64,000 bases of DNA from an uncultured delta proteobacterium (GTDB lineage Bacteria; Myxococcota; Myxococcia; Myxococcales; Myxococcaceae): NCBI GenBank assembly GCA_963796055.1, contig CAWCKH010000004.1, forward strand, positions 1,024,001-1,088,000. The letters run 5' to 3'. The position numbers and the translations under genes were made by a program. Positions within the stretch are counted from its first letter, which is position 1, and every line of letters begins with the position of its first letter. The notes below the pieces were generated by a model that saw only the letters and a list, made by a program, of their open reading frames with translations, had not been told where the DNA came from and searched no databases. Shown here one piece after another: positions 20,245-30,283 of this stretch.

Positions 20245-22800
20245 GTGTCCAAGTGCCTGAGATGCGGCGCCGAGTTGCCGCCACACGGCGACTGCACGGC
20301 CTGCGAACCGGGCACGCTCCCCGCACGACCGCCGCCGGAGATCCTCAGCCGGGAGATCCCGCTCGATCGCCGGCAGACGCCGCCCGCCACACCCGCGCGG
20401 GCGACCCCGGTGCCGTTCAAGCTGGACCCACCGGGCACCTCGGGGCCAGGGCCGCACATCCCGATGCTGACGCCCATCCCCCGGCCGGGACCGGCGTTCG
20501 ATCCGCGACCGCCCGTGCTCACGCCGGTACCGCATGCCGCTCCGGGCTCGGTGACCGACCCGGACCTTCGCTCGATCGCACCTCCCGGTCCGCCCTCGAC
20601 GGGGAGCACGGCCGGGACGGCGGGGTCCCCGCCGGGCCGCCCGCCAGCGCCGATCCCGACCACCACGACGCCGGCCTGGCCGCGCCCGGCGACGCCATCC
20701 GGCCCCACCACGGCGCCCGCCGCTGCTCCGCGCGCGCCCTCCGCCTCGAATGTTCCGGCAGCTCCCGGCGCTGGCCTTCCCCCACCTCGCACTGCCAGGG
20801 TCGAGCCTTCACTCCCGCCCGCGACGACCTCCGGCCTCCCTGGCCCGATGCGTCCACCGACCCTCGTTCCCGGACACGCAGGGACGGGTCCTGGCCTCGT
20901 GAGCGGCTCAGGCAGCCCCGGAAGCCCGGCGGGGTCGGGCGCACGACCCGCCCAGGCCCCGACCGGCGCGCCGGTGCCGGCGCCCACGATGCCGGGGATT
21001 CCGGCCACGCGGGCTCCCCAGCCGACCGCGCGCTTCGGGGATGAGCCGAGCCCATCTTCGTCCAGCAGCGCTCCCGCAGGTCCGGCTTCTGGAGCCCGAG
21101 CGCACCCGCTCTCCCCTGCGACCGGCAGCGGCGCGGCCTCGAAGCCGCCCACGGGTGACGAGCCGCTGACCTGGCCAAAGGTGGAGGTGTCCACCCCCGG
21201 GGGGCCATCGGGTCGAGTTCCGGTGGTGCCCTCCCGACCCCCGAGTGCACCGTCCGTTCCAGCAGCCGCGCCGGCGCCTCGCGCCGCCGAGGCGCCGCCG
21301 AGAGCTTCGGTCGCACCGTCCTCGCCCGCCGCCTCGCAGATGCCTCGCGCCCCCGACGCGCCACCGAGAACCTCGAGTGCACCGTCCGTTTCCACCGCGG
21401 CGCAGGTGCCTCCTGGCCTCGAGACGCCGCCGAGAACCTCGAGCGCGCCGTCCTCGCCCGCCGCCACGCAAACGCCTCGCGCCCCCGACGCGTCACCCAG
21501 AACCTCGAGCGCACCGTCCTCGCCCGCCGCCACGCAGATGCCTCGCGCCGCCGACGCGCCACCGAGAGCGTCGAGCGCGCCGTCGTCGCCCGCCGCCACG
21601 CAGATGCCTCGCGCCCCCGACGCGCCGCCGAGAACCTCGAGCGCACCGTCGTCGCCCGCCGCCACGCAAACGCCTCGCGCCCCCGACGCGATACCGAGAA
21701 CCTCGAGCGCGCCGTCCGTTCCCGCCGCGCCGCAGGTGGCTCCTGTCTTCGACACGCCGCCGAGAACCTCGAGCGCACCGTCCTCGCCCGCCGCCCCGCA
21801 AACGCCTCGCGGCCCCGACGCGCCACCCAGAACCTCGAGCGCACCGTCCTCGCCCGCCGCCTCACAGATGCCTCGCGCCCCCGACGCGCCACCCAGAACC
21901 TCGAGCGCACCGTCGTCGCCTTCCGCCAGCCCGGCTCCCTCGGCCCAGCCGGAGAACAGGATCCCCTCCCCCGCCGCGACGCCTCACCTCCCCGAGACAC
22001 CCCCGAGGACCACGGGTGGGCCGTCCGTTCCCACCCAGCCCGCGCAGACATCTCCGGTCGCCGTCGCGCGCTCTGCCGCGCCTCCTCCGATGGCCCCGCC
22101 AATCCTCACCCCCTCGGCTCCACGGACTACAGCGCCGCCAGCGCCGCTGTCGCCGAGCATGGCCGAGCTCATGGGCCCGGCACCCCTCCCCACTCCACGG
22201 ATCGAGCCCCGCCCGGAGCTGCCCGCAGCGGCGTTCGCCTCGGCGCCGTGGGAGCCCGGCCCCGCGGCCGCGAGCACGCCCGCGCCCGGCCTGGCGACCA
22301 GCCCTCCTCCGTCGGGAGAGCTCATCGAGGTCCGCGCCCGTCCCGCCGCGCTCTGGCAGCGCATCACCGCCTTCATCGTCGACGGTGCACTCGTCGGAGG
22401 TGTGCTCGCCCTCTACGTCGGGCTCGCGGCCGCGCTCATCGCTCCCCGGGGGGTCTCGGCGACCCAGCTCACCGGCATCGACGGCGTCATGGCCCGGGTG
22501 CACCAGCTCCACGCGGTGCTCGCTCCCTGCGTCGCGCTCGCGCTGGTGCTGGGACTGGTGTACGCCGCCACCTTCGCCCTCCTCTGGAACGGCCGCACCC
22601 CCGGCCGACGCCTGCTCGGCATCCGCCTGGTGGACCGGACCGGCCTCGCGCCGGCCCCGGGAAGGGCCATCGCCCGTGCCGCGCTGGCGGTGGTCTCCTT
22701 CGTCCCGTTCCTCGCCGGGTTCTGGCTCGCCCTGTTCGACCGGCGCGGGCAGACCCTTCACGACAAGCTCACCCAGACATTCGTCGTTCGTCCAGGCTGA
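20245..22800 (+). CDS. RDD family protein with N-terminal CxxC...CxxC and a long Pro/Ala/Ser-rich linker
   Basis: CLRC...CTAC; C-terminal WQRITAFIVDG, GRTPGRRLLGIRLV and QTLHDKLTQTFVV (RDD). Confidence 0.85.
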   Translation: MSKCLRCGAELPPHGDCTACEPGTLPARPPPEILSREIPLDRRQTPPATPARATPVPFKLDPPGTSGPGPHIPMLTPIPRPGPAFDPRPPVLTPVPHAAPGSVTDPDLRSIAPPGPPSTGSTAGTAGSPPGRPPAPIPTTTTPAWPRPATPSGPTTAPAAAPRAPSASNVPAAPGAGLPPPRTARVEPSLPPATTSGLPGPMRPPTLVPGHAGTGPGLVSGSGSPGSPAGSGARPAQAPTGAPVPAPTMPGIPATRAPQPTARFGDEPSPSSSSSAPAGPASGARAHPLSPATGSGAASKPPTGDEPLTWPKVEVSTPGGPSGRVPVVPSRPPSAPSVPAAAPAPRAAEAPPRASVAPSSPAASQMPRAPDAPPRTSSAPSVSTAAQVPPGLETPPRTSSAPSSPAATQTPRAPDASPRTSSAPSSPAATQMPRAADAPPRASSAPSSPAATQMPRAPDAPPRTSSAPSSPAATQTPRAPDAIPRTSSAPSVPAAPQVAPVFDTPPRTSSAPSSPAAPQTPRGPDAPPRTSSAPSSPAASQMPRAPDAPPRTSSAPSSPSASPAPSAQPENRIPSPAATPHLPETPPRTTGGPSVPTQPAQTSPVAVARSAAPPPMAPPILTPSAPRTTAPPAPLSPSMAELMGPAPLPTPRIEPRPELPAAAFASAPWEPGPAAASTPAPGLATSPPPSGELIEVRARPAALWQRITAFIVDGALVGGVLALYVGLAAALIAPRGVSATQLTGIDGVMARVHQLHAVLAPCVALALVLGLVYAATFALLWNGRTPGRRLLGIRLVDRTGLAPAPGRAIARAALAVVSFVPFLAGFWLALFDRRGQTLHDKLTQTFVVRPG
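21280..21939 (+). repeat. Ten tandem 66-bp (22-aa) coding repeats, consensus RAPDAPPRTSSAPSSPAATQMP
   Basis: Visible in both DNA and translation of the RDD gene. Confidence 0.9.
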
Positions 22801-22815
22801 CGCGCCGCGCCTACA

Positions 22816-25047
22816 ATGGCGCCCCGACGAATGACTGAACGGCTGGAAGAGCATCTCGTCGCCCGCGGGCTGTTGAGCCAGGAACGGGCAGACGACGCCC
22901 TGCGCTCGCAGGCGCTGGTGGGCGGCGCCATGGACACGCTCCTCCTGGAGATGGGAGCGCTGCGCGAGCAGGATCTCGTCACCGCAATGGGGGAGATGAG
23001 CGGACTTCAGCCCATCTACCTCGCGGACTACGTCCCCAACCCGGCGATGGCCTCCGCCCTGCCGCGCGAAGAGGCCGAGCGGCTGAACATCGCCCCGCTG
23101 TCGATCGAGGAGGGGATGCTGCACGTCGCCGTCCCCTTCCCCGTGCCGATGCGCGGGCTGGAGATCCTGGTCCGGAAGCTGGGCCGCTCGGTGGCGCCGT
23201 GGGTCTCCACCGACGTGCGAGTCCGTGCCTGGCGCTCGCAGATCTACGGCACACCTCTGCCGGCCCGGGACACCTCGCTGCTGGGGACGCTCGGGCCCAC
23301 GCTCGAGGAGCGGCTCGCCACGGAGATGGCGGAGCAGGCTGCCCGCGCGGTCGCGGAGGAGCCGGTGCCGCTGGTGAATCCCCGCCCCGCACCGGAGCCA
23401 GCCCCCTCCCCGACCCCCGAGGCCGCGGCGACCTCGGCGTTGGAGCCGGCCAGCTCGCTGCTCGAGGCGCTCGAGGCCGGCGTCGCGGCTGCCGAGCCCG
23501 AGCTTCCCGTCTGGCGATCCGAGTCGACCGCGCCGCGCTTCCCGCGCCGGACCCGCGAGGAGCCGACGGACGGCGCGCCCGACCGCGAGCCGGTGGTCGA
23601 CTGGACCCTGTCCGATGCCCGCAGTGCGCTGCGTGCGGTGGCGGGCGACCGGGAGGGGCTGAAGGACGTCGTCCTCCGCTACGCGCGGCGCACCTTCGAT
23701 TTCGTGGCCGCGTTCGCCGTGGTGCGCGGCGCCGCGATGGGCTGGGACGCGCGCGGCGATGGCGCCGAGGCCATCTCCCTGCCTCAGGTCTCCTTCCCGC
23801 TCGACGTCCCGTCGGTGTTCCGCACCGCCGCGCTCGCGCACGCGTGCTACGCGGGGCCCGTTCCCGGCAACCCGCTCACCCGACAGGTACTGGAGTCGCT
23901 GGGGCGAGCGCCACGCTCGGTGTTCGTCTTCCCGGTGGAGGTGCGCGGGCGACTGGTGGCGGTCCTCTACGGCGACCGAGGGGAGCGGCCCGTCAGCCAG
24001 CGCCGCCTGTCGGAGCTGATCCTCTTTTGCCAGGACCTGGGCCAGGTCTTTGCCGAGCTGATCGTCCTCCGCAAGCAGCGGCGCTTTCCCGAGGAGGAGC
24101 CACCCGGGGAGAACGCCGGCACGATGGGGCTCACCGGTACCAGCGGTCGGACGCTGGAGAGCCTGGATCGTGCCCCGCCCGCGCCTGCTCCGGCCGACCT
24201 CGGCCCGGTGCTGCAACGGCTGGTGGGAACCGACGCCACGGCGCGCGCGGCCGCCATCTCCGAGCTCACCCGCGCCCCCGATGCCGCTGCCCGCGCGCTC
24301 GCCGCGCAGTTCCCCGGTCCGAGCGCCTGGAGCAGGGTCCCGGTGCAGGAGCTGCCGGCGCCGGACGAGCTGGGCCCGGTCCCTGCCGGCCTCGCCCGGC
24401 TCGGGGCGGCAGGAGCACGCGCGCTGGCGAGGTTCCTCGACGCACCCGAGCCGGAGATCCGGTACGTCGCCCTGCTCACCGCTGGCAGCCTGCCCTACCC
24501 GGAGCTGGTGCCGGGAGTGCTGCGGGGCCTGTTCGATCCCGAGCCGGACGTTGCCTCGGCGGCGCGTGCGGCCGCCACCGCGCTTCGCCGTCTTCCCCGC
24601 TTCCAGGCGGCGCTGCCCGATCTCCGCCAGGAGCTGGTGGCGAAGGATCCCGAGCGCCGGGTGCTCGCCGCCCGGGCGGTGGGGATGCTGCACGACCGGG
24701 CCTCCATCGAGGGGCTGATCGGCCTGACTGCGAGCGACGACGCACGGTCGGCACAGGGCGCTACGGAGGCGCTGAACGAGATCACCCGCGCCTCCTTCGG
24801 CACCAGCACCCATGCCTGGATGGCGTGGTGGGCGGAGAACAAGGGACGCCGGCGGGTGCAGTGGCTGCTGGCTGCGCTCCGGAACCCCGAGGCGTGGCTT
24901 CGGTCCGTCGCCGCGGAGGAGCTCGCCGCTGCGCTGGGGGACACGCTGGGCTACTCGCCGGATGCGCCCGAGCCGGAGCGAAGGCTGGCCATCGGCCGCT
25001 GGGAGGAGGCGCTCCTCGACCCGCGCCTCCGTACCGTCGACGGCTGA
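22816..25047 (+). CDS. FrgA-like protein: N-terminal MshEN/T2SSE_N-like domain, GAF-like middle, C-terminal HEAT repeats
   Basis: RLEEHLVARGLLSQE...DTLLLEMG..EQDL, LPREEAERLNIAPL; HEAT-like DPEPDVASAAR and DPERRVLAARAVG. Similarity to myxobacterial FrgA is from recall only. Confidence 0.65.
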   Translation: MAPRRMTERLEEHLVARGLLSQERADDALRSQALVGGAMDTLLLEMGALREQDLVTAMGEMSGLQPIYLADYVPNPAMASALPREEAERLNIAPLSIEEGMLHVAVPFPVPMRGLEILVRKLGRSVAPWVSTDVRVRAWRSQIYGTPLPARDTSLLGTLGPTLEERLATEMAEQAARAVAEEPVPLVNPRPAPEPAPSPTPEAAATSALEPASSLLEALEAGVAAAEPELPVWRSESTAPRFPRRTREEPTDGAPDREPVVDWTLSDARSALRAVAGDREGLKDVVLRYARRTFDFVAAFAVVRGAAMGWDARGDGAEAISLPQVSFPLDVPSVFRTAALAHACYAGPVPGNPLTRQVLESLGRAPRSVFVFPVEVRGRLVAVLYGDRGERPVSQRRLSELILFCQDLGQVFAELIVLRKQRRFPEEEPPGENAGTMGLTGTSGRTLESLDRAPPAPAPADLGPVLQRLVGTDATARAAAISELTRAPDAAARALAAQFPGPSAWSRVPVQELPAPDELGPVPAGLARLGAAGARALARFLDAPEPEIRYVALLTAGSLPYPELVPGVLRGLFDPEPDVASAARAAATALRRLPRFQAALPDLRQELVAKDPERRVLAARAVGMLHDRASIEGLIGLTASDDARSAQGATEALNEITRASFGTSTHAWMAWWAENKGRRRVQWLLAALRNPEAWLRSVAAEELAAALGDTLGYSPDAPEPERRLAIGRWEEALLDPRLRTVDG

Positions 25048-25093
25048 GCATGGACACTGGCGCGCTCCTGCGAGCGGGACACGGGCCGATGGT

Positions 25094-25678
25094 TCAGAAC
25101 CGGCCCACCAGCCCGAAGCTCGCCCCGCCGGGCCCGACGGCGACCGCCGGGAGTAGAACCGGGGACGTGGCCGCGGTGGGCGGAGCGGGCTGGTCCGACG
25201 AGGAGAGCTCGTAACCGATCACCGCACCCGCCACCGGGAGCAGCAAGGTCAGCGCGTAGGTCGCCTTGGCGGCCGAGCTGTCGCTCCCGGAGCGGATGAG
25301 GCCATAGATGCCGTACCCCACGCCCAGCCCGGCCACGCTGCTGAGCCAGCTGATGATGAAGCTCCCCTGGCGGCCCAGCAGCTTGCCGGTGAGCGAGACG
25401 CCGATCGGCGCACCCACCGAGACGCCGATGGCCGCGCCCACCTGTGCCGCCGAGCGCCGGGAGGCGTCGTCCCCTTGCGTGTTCAGCGTCTCCCAGATGA
25501 CCCACGCCGAGGCTCCGCCGATGACGAACCCGCCGAGGATGCCGCCGCCGGTCTCGGCCCCCACGCGAAGCAGGGGCGGGACCGGCTCGGTGGCGGCGTC
25601 CGGCGCGGGCTCGGCCCGGGCAGCCAGCGAGACGAGGGCGGCGAGGGCGACGCAGCGAGCGCGGGTCGGCGGGGTCAC
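25094..25678 (-). CDS. Exported hypothetical protein with Gly-rich hydrophobic helices and a C-terminal Phe
   Basis: Signal-like [19 protein letters not shown]; ends ASFGLVGRF. Confidence 0.6.
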   Translation of the reverse strand: MTPPTRARCVALAALVSLAARAEPAPDAATEPVPPLLRVGAETGGGILGGFVIGGASAWVIWETLNTQGDDASRRSAAQVGAAIGVSVGAPIGVSLTGKLLGRQGSFIISWLSSVAGLGVGYGIYGLIRSGSDSSAAKATYALTLLLPVAGAVIGYELSSSDQPAPPTAATSPVLLPAVAVGPGGASFGLVGRF

Positions 25679-25771
25679 CGGGGCAGGGTGTCGGGCTTCC
25701 GGTCCGGCCGGTCACCGGGGCTCCGACGAGCGGCGGAGCATCCTGGCACACGTGCTAAAGCCCCTGCCACC

Positions 25772-27334
<1,563 letters not shown>

Positions 27335-27537
27335 GAACATCCCGCTTCAGGGCGGTCTCGTTCCGGACCAGCCGTGCAGGTGTGACAACCGCGCACGATG
27401 TCGCCTGTGACACCCCTGGGGTCCTCGCACGCAACTTCCGGGTGTCTGCCGCCCCGCGGGTCTCGAAGGACTTGCGGGTGGTAGGCATTCGTGTGTCTCA
27501 TGGCGGCGCTGCAGGAGTACTTCTCCAGGGGGACCAC

Positions 27538-28620
27538 ATGCACCGCACGGCGAGATTCACCGTCGTCATGCTGCTCAGCAGCCTGGTGGTCATCGGGTGT
27601 GGGCAGGGGGCCGGAGTCGACACTTCCTCCTTCTCGGATCGGCAGATCTTCGAGGGCATCGTCTTCGGTGCCGGTCCGGTGGCGAGCCTGCTCCCGGAGG
27701 CACGCGACCAGCTGCGGCCGGAGCTCTACGTGAAGAGCGGGGGCGAGCTGAGCGCGCTGGCGGACGCACGGGGCGCGGTCATCGACGCGATCGAGCGTGC
27801 CCAGCCTGGCTTCCTCGCGGAATTCGCACGCGCAGCTCGGAGCGGGAATCCCGCTGAAGTACAGGCCATGCTCGCGCGAGCGGCCCGCGCGATCTCCGCA
27901 GCGTCCTCCGCCCTGACCGCGGCCCGCGGCCCGAACGTTCCGGTCGACCTCGTCGCCCGCGGGCCGAACGTCCCCGTCGACACCGCCCGCGGCCCGAACG
28001 TTCCGGTCGACCTCGTCGCCCGCGGGCCGAACGTCCCCGTCGACACCGCCCGCGGCCCGAACGTTCCGGTCGACCTCGTCGCCCGCGGGCCGAACGTCCC
28101 CGTCGACACCGCCCGCGGCCCGAACGTCCCGGTCGACCTCGTCGCCCGCGGCCCGAACGTTCCGGTCGACCTCGTCGCCCGCGGGCCGAACGTCCCCGTC
28201 GACACCGCCCGCGGCCCGAACGTTCCGGTCGACCTCGTCGCCCGTGGGCCGAACGTCCCCGTCGACACCGCCCGCAGCCCGAACGTTCCGGTCGACCTCG
28301 TCGCCCGTGGGCCGAACGTCCCCGTCGACACCGCCCGCAGCCCGAACGTTCCGGTCGACCTCGTCGCCCGTGGGCCGAACGTCCCCGTCGACACCGCCCG
28401 CAGCCCGAACGTTCCGGTCGACCTCGTCGCCCGTGGGCCGAACGTCCCCGTCGACACCGCCCGCAGCCCGAACGTTCCGGTCGACCTCGTCGCCCGTGGG
28501 CCGAACGTCCCCGTCGTGAGCGTGCATCCGGCCTGGAATCTCTTCACCAGCAGGCTCTTCTCCGAGCAGCTCGCCAACTCCGTGGCCATCACGCTCGCTC
28601 AGCGGGGCAGCGAGAACTGA
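27538..28620 (+). CDS. sdpC: SdpC-family (sporulation-delaying toxin-like) peptide precursor; lipoprotein with a tandem-repeat core
   Basis: Signal and lipobox LVVIG|C; FSDRQIFEGIVFGAGPVASLLPE and IERAQPGFLAEF...SGNP resemble the SdpC pro-region (B. subtilis FSGEDYFRGLLFGQGEV..., QPQYMDEL..SKDP); C-terminal LFSEQLANSVAITL helix; directly upstream of sdpA/sdpB homologs. Confidence 0.8.
   Translation: MHRTARFTVVMLLSSLVVIGCGQGAGVDTSSFSDRQIFEGIVFGAGPVASLLPEARDQLRPELYVKSGGELSALADARGAVIDAIERAQPGFLAEFARAARSGNPAEVQAMLARAARAISAASSALTAARGPNVPVDLVARGPNVPVDTARGPNVPVDLVARGPNVPVDTARGPNVPVDLVARGPNVPVDTARGPNVPVDLVARGPNVPVDLVARGPNVPVDTARGPNVPVDLVARGPNVPVDTARSPNVPVDLVARGPNVPVDTARSPNVPVDLVARGPNVPVDTARSPNVPVDLVARGPNVPVDTARSPNVPVDLVARGPNVPVVSVHPAWNLFTSRLFSEQLANSVAITLAQRGSEN
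27925..28515 (+). repeat. Coding tandem array of 18 full and 1 partial units (33 bp R[G/S]PNVPVDLVA x10; 30 bp RGPNVPVDTA x8)
   Basis: Counted directly; mostly alternating 33+30 = 63-bp higher-order unit. Confidence 0.97.
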
Positions 28621-29132
28621 GGGCAAGACCGCGACAGCTGGCGCGGCTGATCGCCGCGGCGATCGTCTTCCTGACGTGCGTCACGTGGCTCGACTCGCCC
28701 CTGCGGCCATCCGCCACCAAGCGGCTGCAGATGCTGGCCGTCGCTCCGCAGTTCTGGGGATTCTTCGCCTCTCCCCGCGAGGAGCGAACCGAGGTTTTCA
28801 GGCTCCGGAACGGAGCCTGGGAGCGTGCCGACGCCCCGCTGGCCGCAACGGCGAACCTCCTCGGTCTCCGCCGGGCGGTGGTGAACCACGGTGCCGAGTT
28901 CCGGACTCTCGAGGCGCAGGTGGGAAACGGGTGGAGTAGCGCCACGCTCACCCCCGAGCAGCTCCCAGACACCGCCGTCGAGCCGGTGGTGGTCCGCAAC
29001 CTCGCACGGCAACCACAGCTCTGCGGCGAGGTCCTTCTCGTCGCGCGGCCACCCCTGCCCTGGGCCTGGGCGCGCTCGAGCAGCAAAGTCGAGCTTCCCA
29101 CCCGGTATGCCCGGTTGAGCATCCGGTGTTGA
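28617..29132 (+). CDS. sdpA: SdpA-family antimicrobial peptide system protein
   Basis: APQFWGFFASPRE, ANLLGLRR...GAE, PQLCGE and PLPWAWA motifs, ends in C; hydrophobic N-terminal helix lies upstream of the first ATG (28731), implying a CTG start at 28617. Confidence 0.82.
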   Translation: MRARPRQLARLIAAAIVFLTCVTWLDSPLRPSATKRLQMLAVAPQFWGFFASPREERTEVFRLRNGAWERADAPLAATANLLGLRRAVVNHGAEFRTLEAQVGNGWSSATLTPEQLPDTAVEPVVVRNLARQPQLCGEVLLVARPPLPWAWARSSSKVELPTRYARLSIRC

Positions 29133-30031
29133 CTCGCAGGGACAGACCCTGGACCAACGTCTACGGCGTCGCACGCTCGGTGCTCGCCCTGGCGACGCTG
29201 CTCACGCTGCTCGCCGATTCGAGCGAACGGCTCTTCCATCCGCTGGTGGTCGATGACCCCGGCGTCTTCGACCGGAGCGCCCTCGCCGGCGCGAGCCTGT
29301 TCTTTCTCGCTCGCAACCACTTGACCGCGGCGAAGCTGCTGGCGATCGCCGTCCTCGCGCTGGTCATCGTCGGCTGGCGACCACGCTTCACCGCACTGCC
29401 GCACTGGTGGATCTCGTACAGCTTCGCAGCATCGGCCTCGATGATCGACGGCGGCGACCAGATCGCCGCGACGCTCACATTGCTCCTCCTTCCCGTCGCG
29501 CTGACCGATCGTCGCTCTTCGCACTGGCGAGGGACCGGAAGCGGCGGTCCCGCTGCCTCCATCGCCGCGCAGACCGGGTGGGTCCTCATCCGGGTGCAGA
29601 TGGCGGTCGTCTATCTGTTCGCGGCGGTGCTGAAGTTTCCGAACGAGGAGTGGGCCAACGGCACCGCGCTGTACTACTGGTGGCGAAACCCCACCTTCGG
29701 CGCCGCGGGTCTGCTCCATCCGGTGACCGACTGGATCGGTCGGACAGTTCTGGTCGTCCCGCTCACCTGGAGCGTTCTGGTGGTCGAGCTATGCCTGGCC
29801 GCGGCACTGGTCGCTCCACTCAGGTTTCGCAGGATGCTGCTCCCCATCGGGTTGATCTTTCACCTCGGTATCGCAGTCACCCACGGCCTCATCACCTTCG
29901 CCCTCACCATGTCGGCCGCGCTGGTGCTCTACCTCCGCCCGGCCTGGCGACCGTTCGCTCTGCCCGAGCTCATCCGCCGCCCGGTCGCGCGCTCCTCGGA
30001 GCCGGTGGCGCGCGTCACCGTCGCGCCGTGA
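29129..30031 (+). CDS. sdpB: SdpB-family (HTTM-like) membrane protein
   Basis: PWTNVYGVARSVLA, GWRPRFT..PHWW..YSF, DGGDQ, LLLLPVALTDRR.SHW, RVQMAVVY..A...K...EW.NGTALYYW and FHLGIA motifs; TTGA overlap with the sdpA stop (GTG 29126 is an alternative start). Confidence 0.88.
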   Translation: MTRRDRPWTNVYGVARSVLALATLLTLLADSSERLFHPLVVDDPGVFDRSALAGASLFFLARNHLTAAKLLAIAVLALVIVGWRPRFTALPHWWISYSFAASASMIDGGDQIAATLTLLLLPVALTDRRSSHWRGTGSGGPAASIAAQTGWVLIRVQMAVVYLFAAVLKFPNEEWANGTALYYWWRNPTFGAAGLLHPVTDWIGRTVLVVPLTWSVLVVELCLAAALVAPLRFRRMLLPIGLIFHLGIAVTHGLITFALTMSAALVLYLRPAWRPFALPELIRRPVARSSEPVARVTVAP

Positions 30032-30085
30032 CCCATCCTCGATCAGCGGGGAGCCTGAGGCGCAGGCGATCGTGGATGCTGAACT

Positions 30086-30283
30086 TTGCGCCCCGAGCAG
30101 CCGCCCGCCCAGCCTTCGACGACCGCCGAGCGGCACGCGTGGATGCTGCAGACCCTGCGTGCCGCCGTGGCCCGGGCCTGTCCGTCCGACCTCGCCGCAC
30201 ACCGCGAGGACCTCGTCCAGGCAGCCCTTCTCCGGGTCCTCGAGCGCGAGGGACGGGGTGAGCAGAACCATGTCCGGACGGCT
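30086..30283 (+). pseudogene. N-terminal fragment of an ECF sigma factor (region 2 only)
   Basis: LRAAVARACPSDLAAHREDLVQAALLRVL resembles ECF region 2.1-2.2 (EDLVQ); no region 4 follows. Confidence 0.65.

Noticed and set aside
25744..25757. Sigma-54 promoter TGGCAC...TGC upstream of pccB
   Set aside because: GG-to-GC spacing is 7 nt rather than the required 10.
27925..28515. CRISPR array (30-33 bp periodic repeats)
   Set aside because: No unique spacers; units are contiguous, in frame and vary mainly at synonymous positions; no cas genes.
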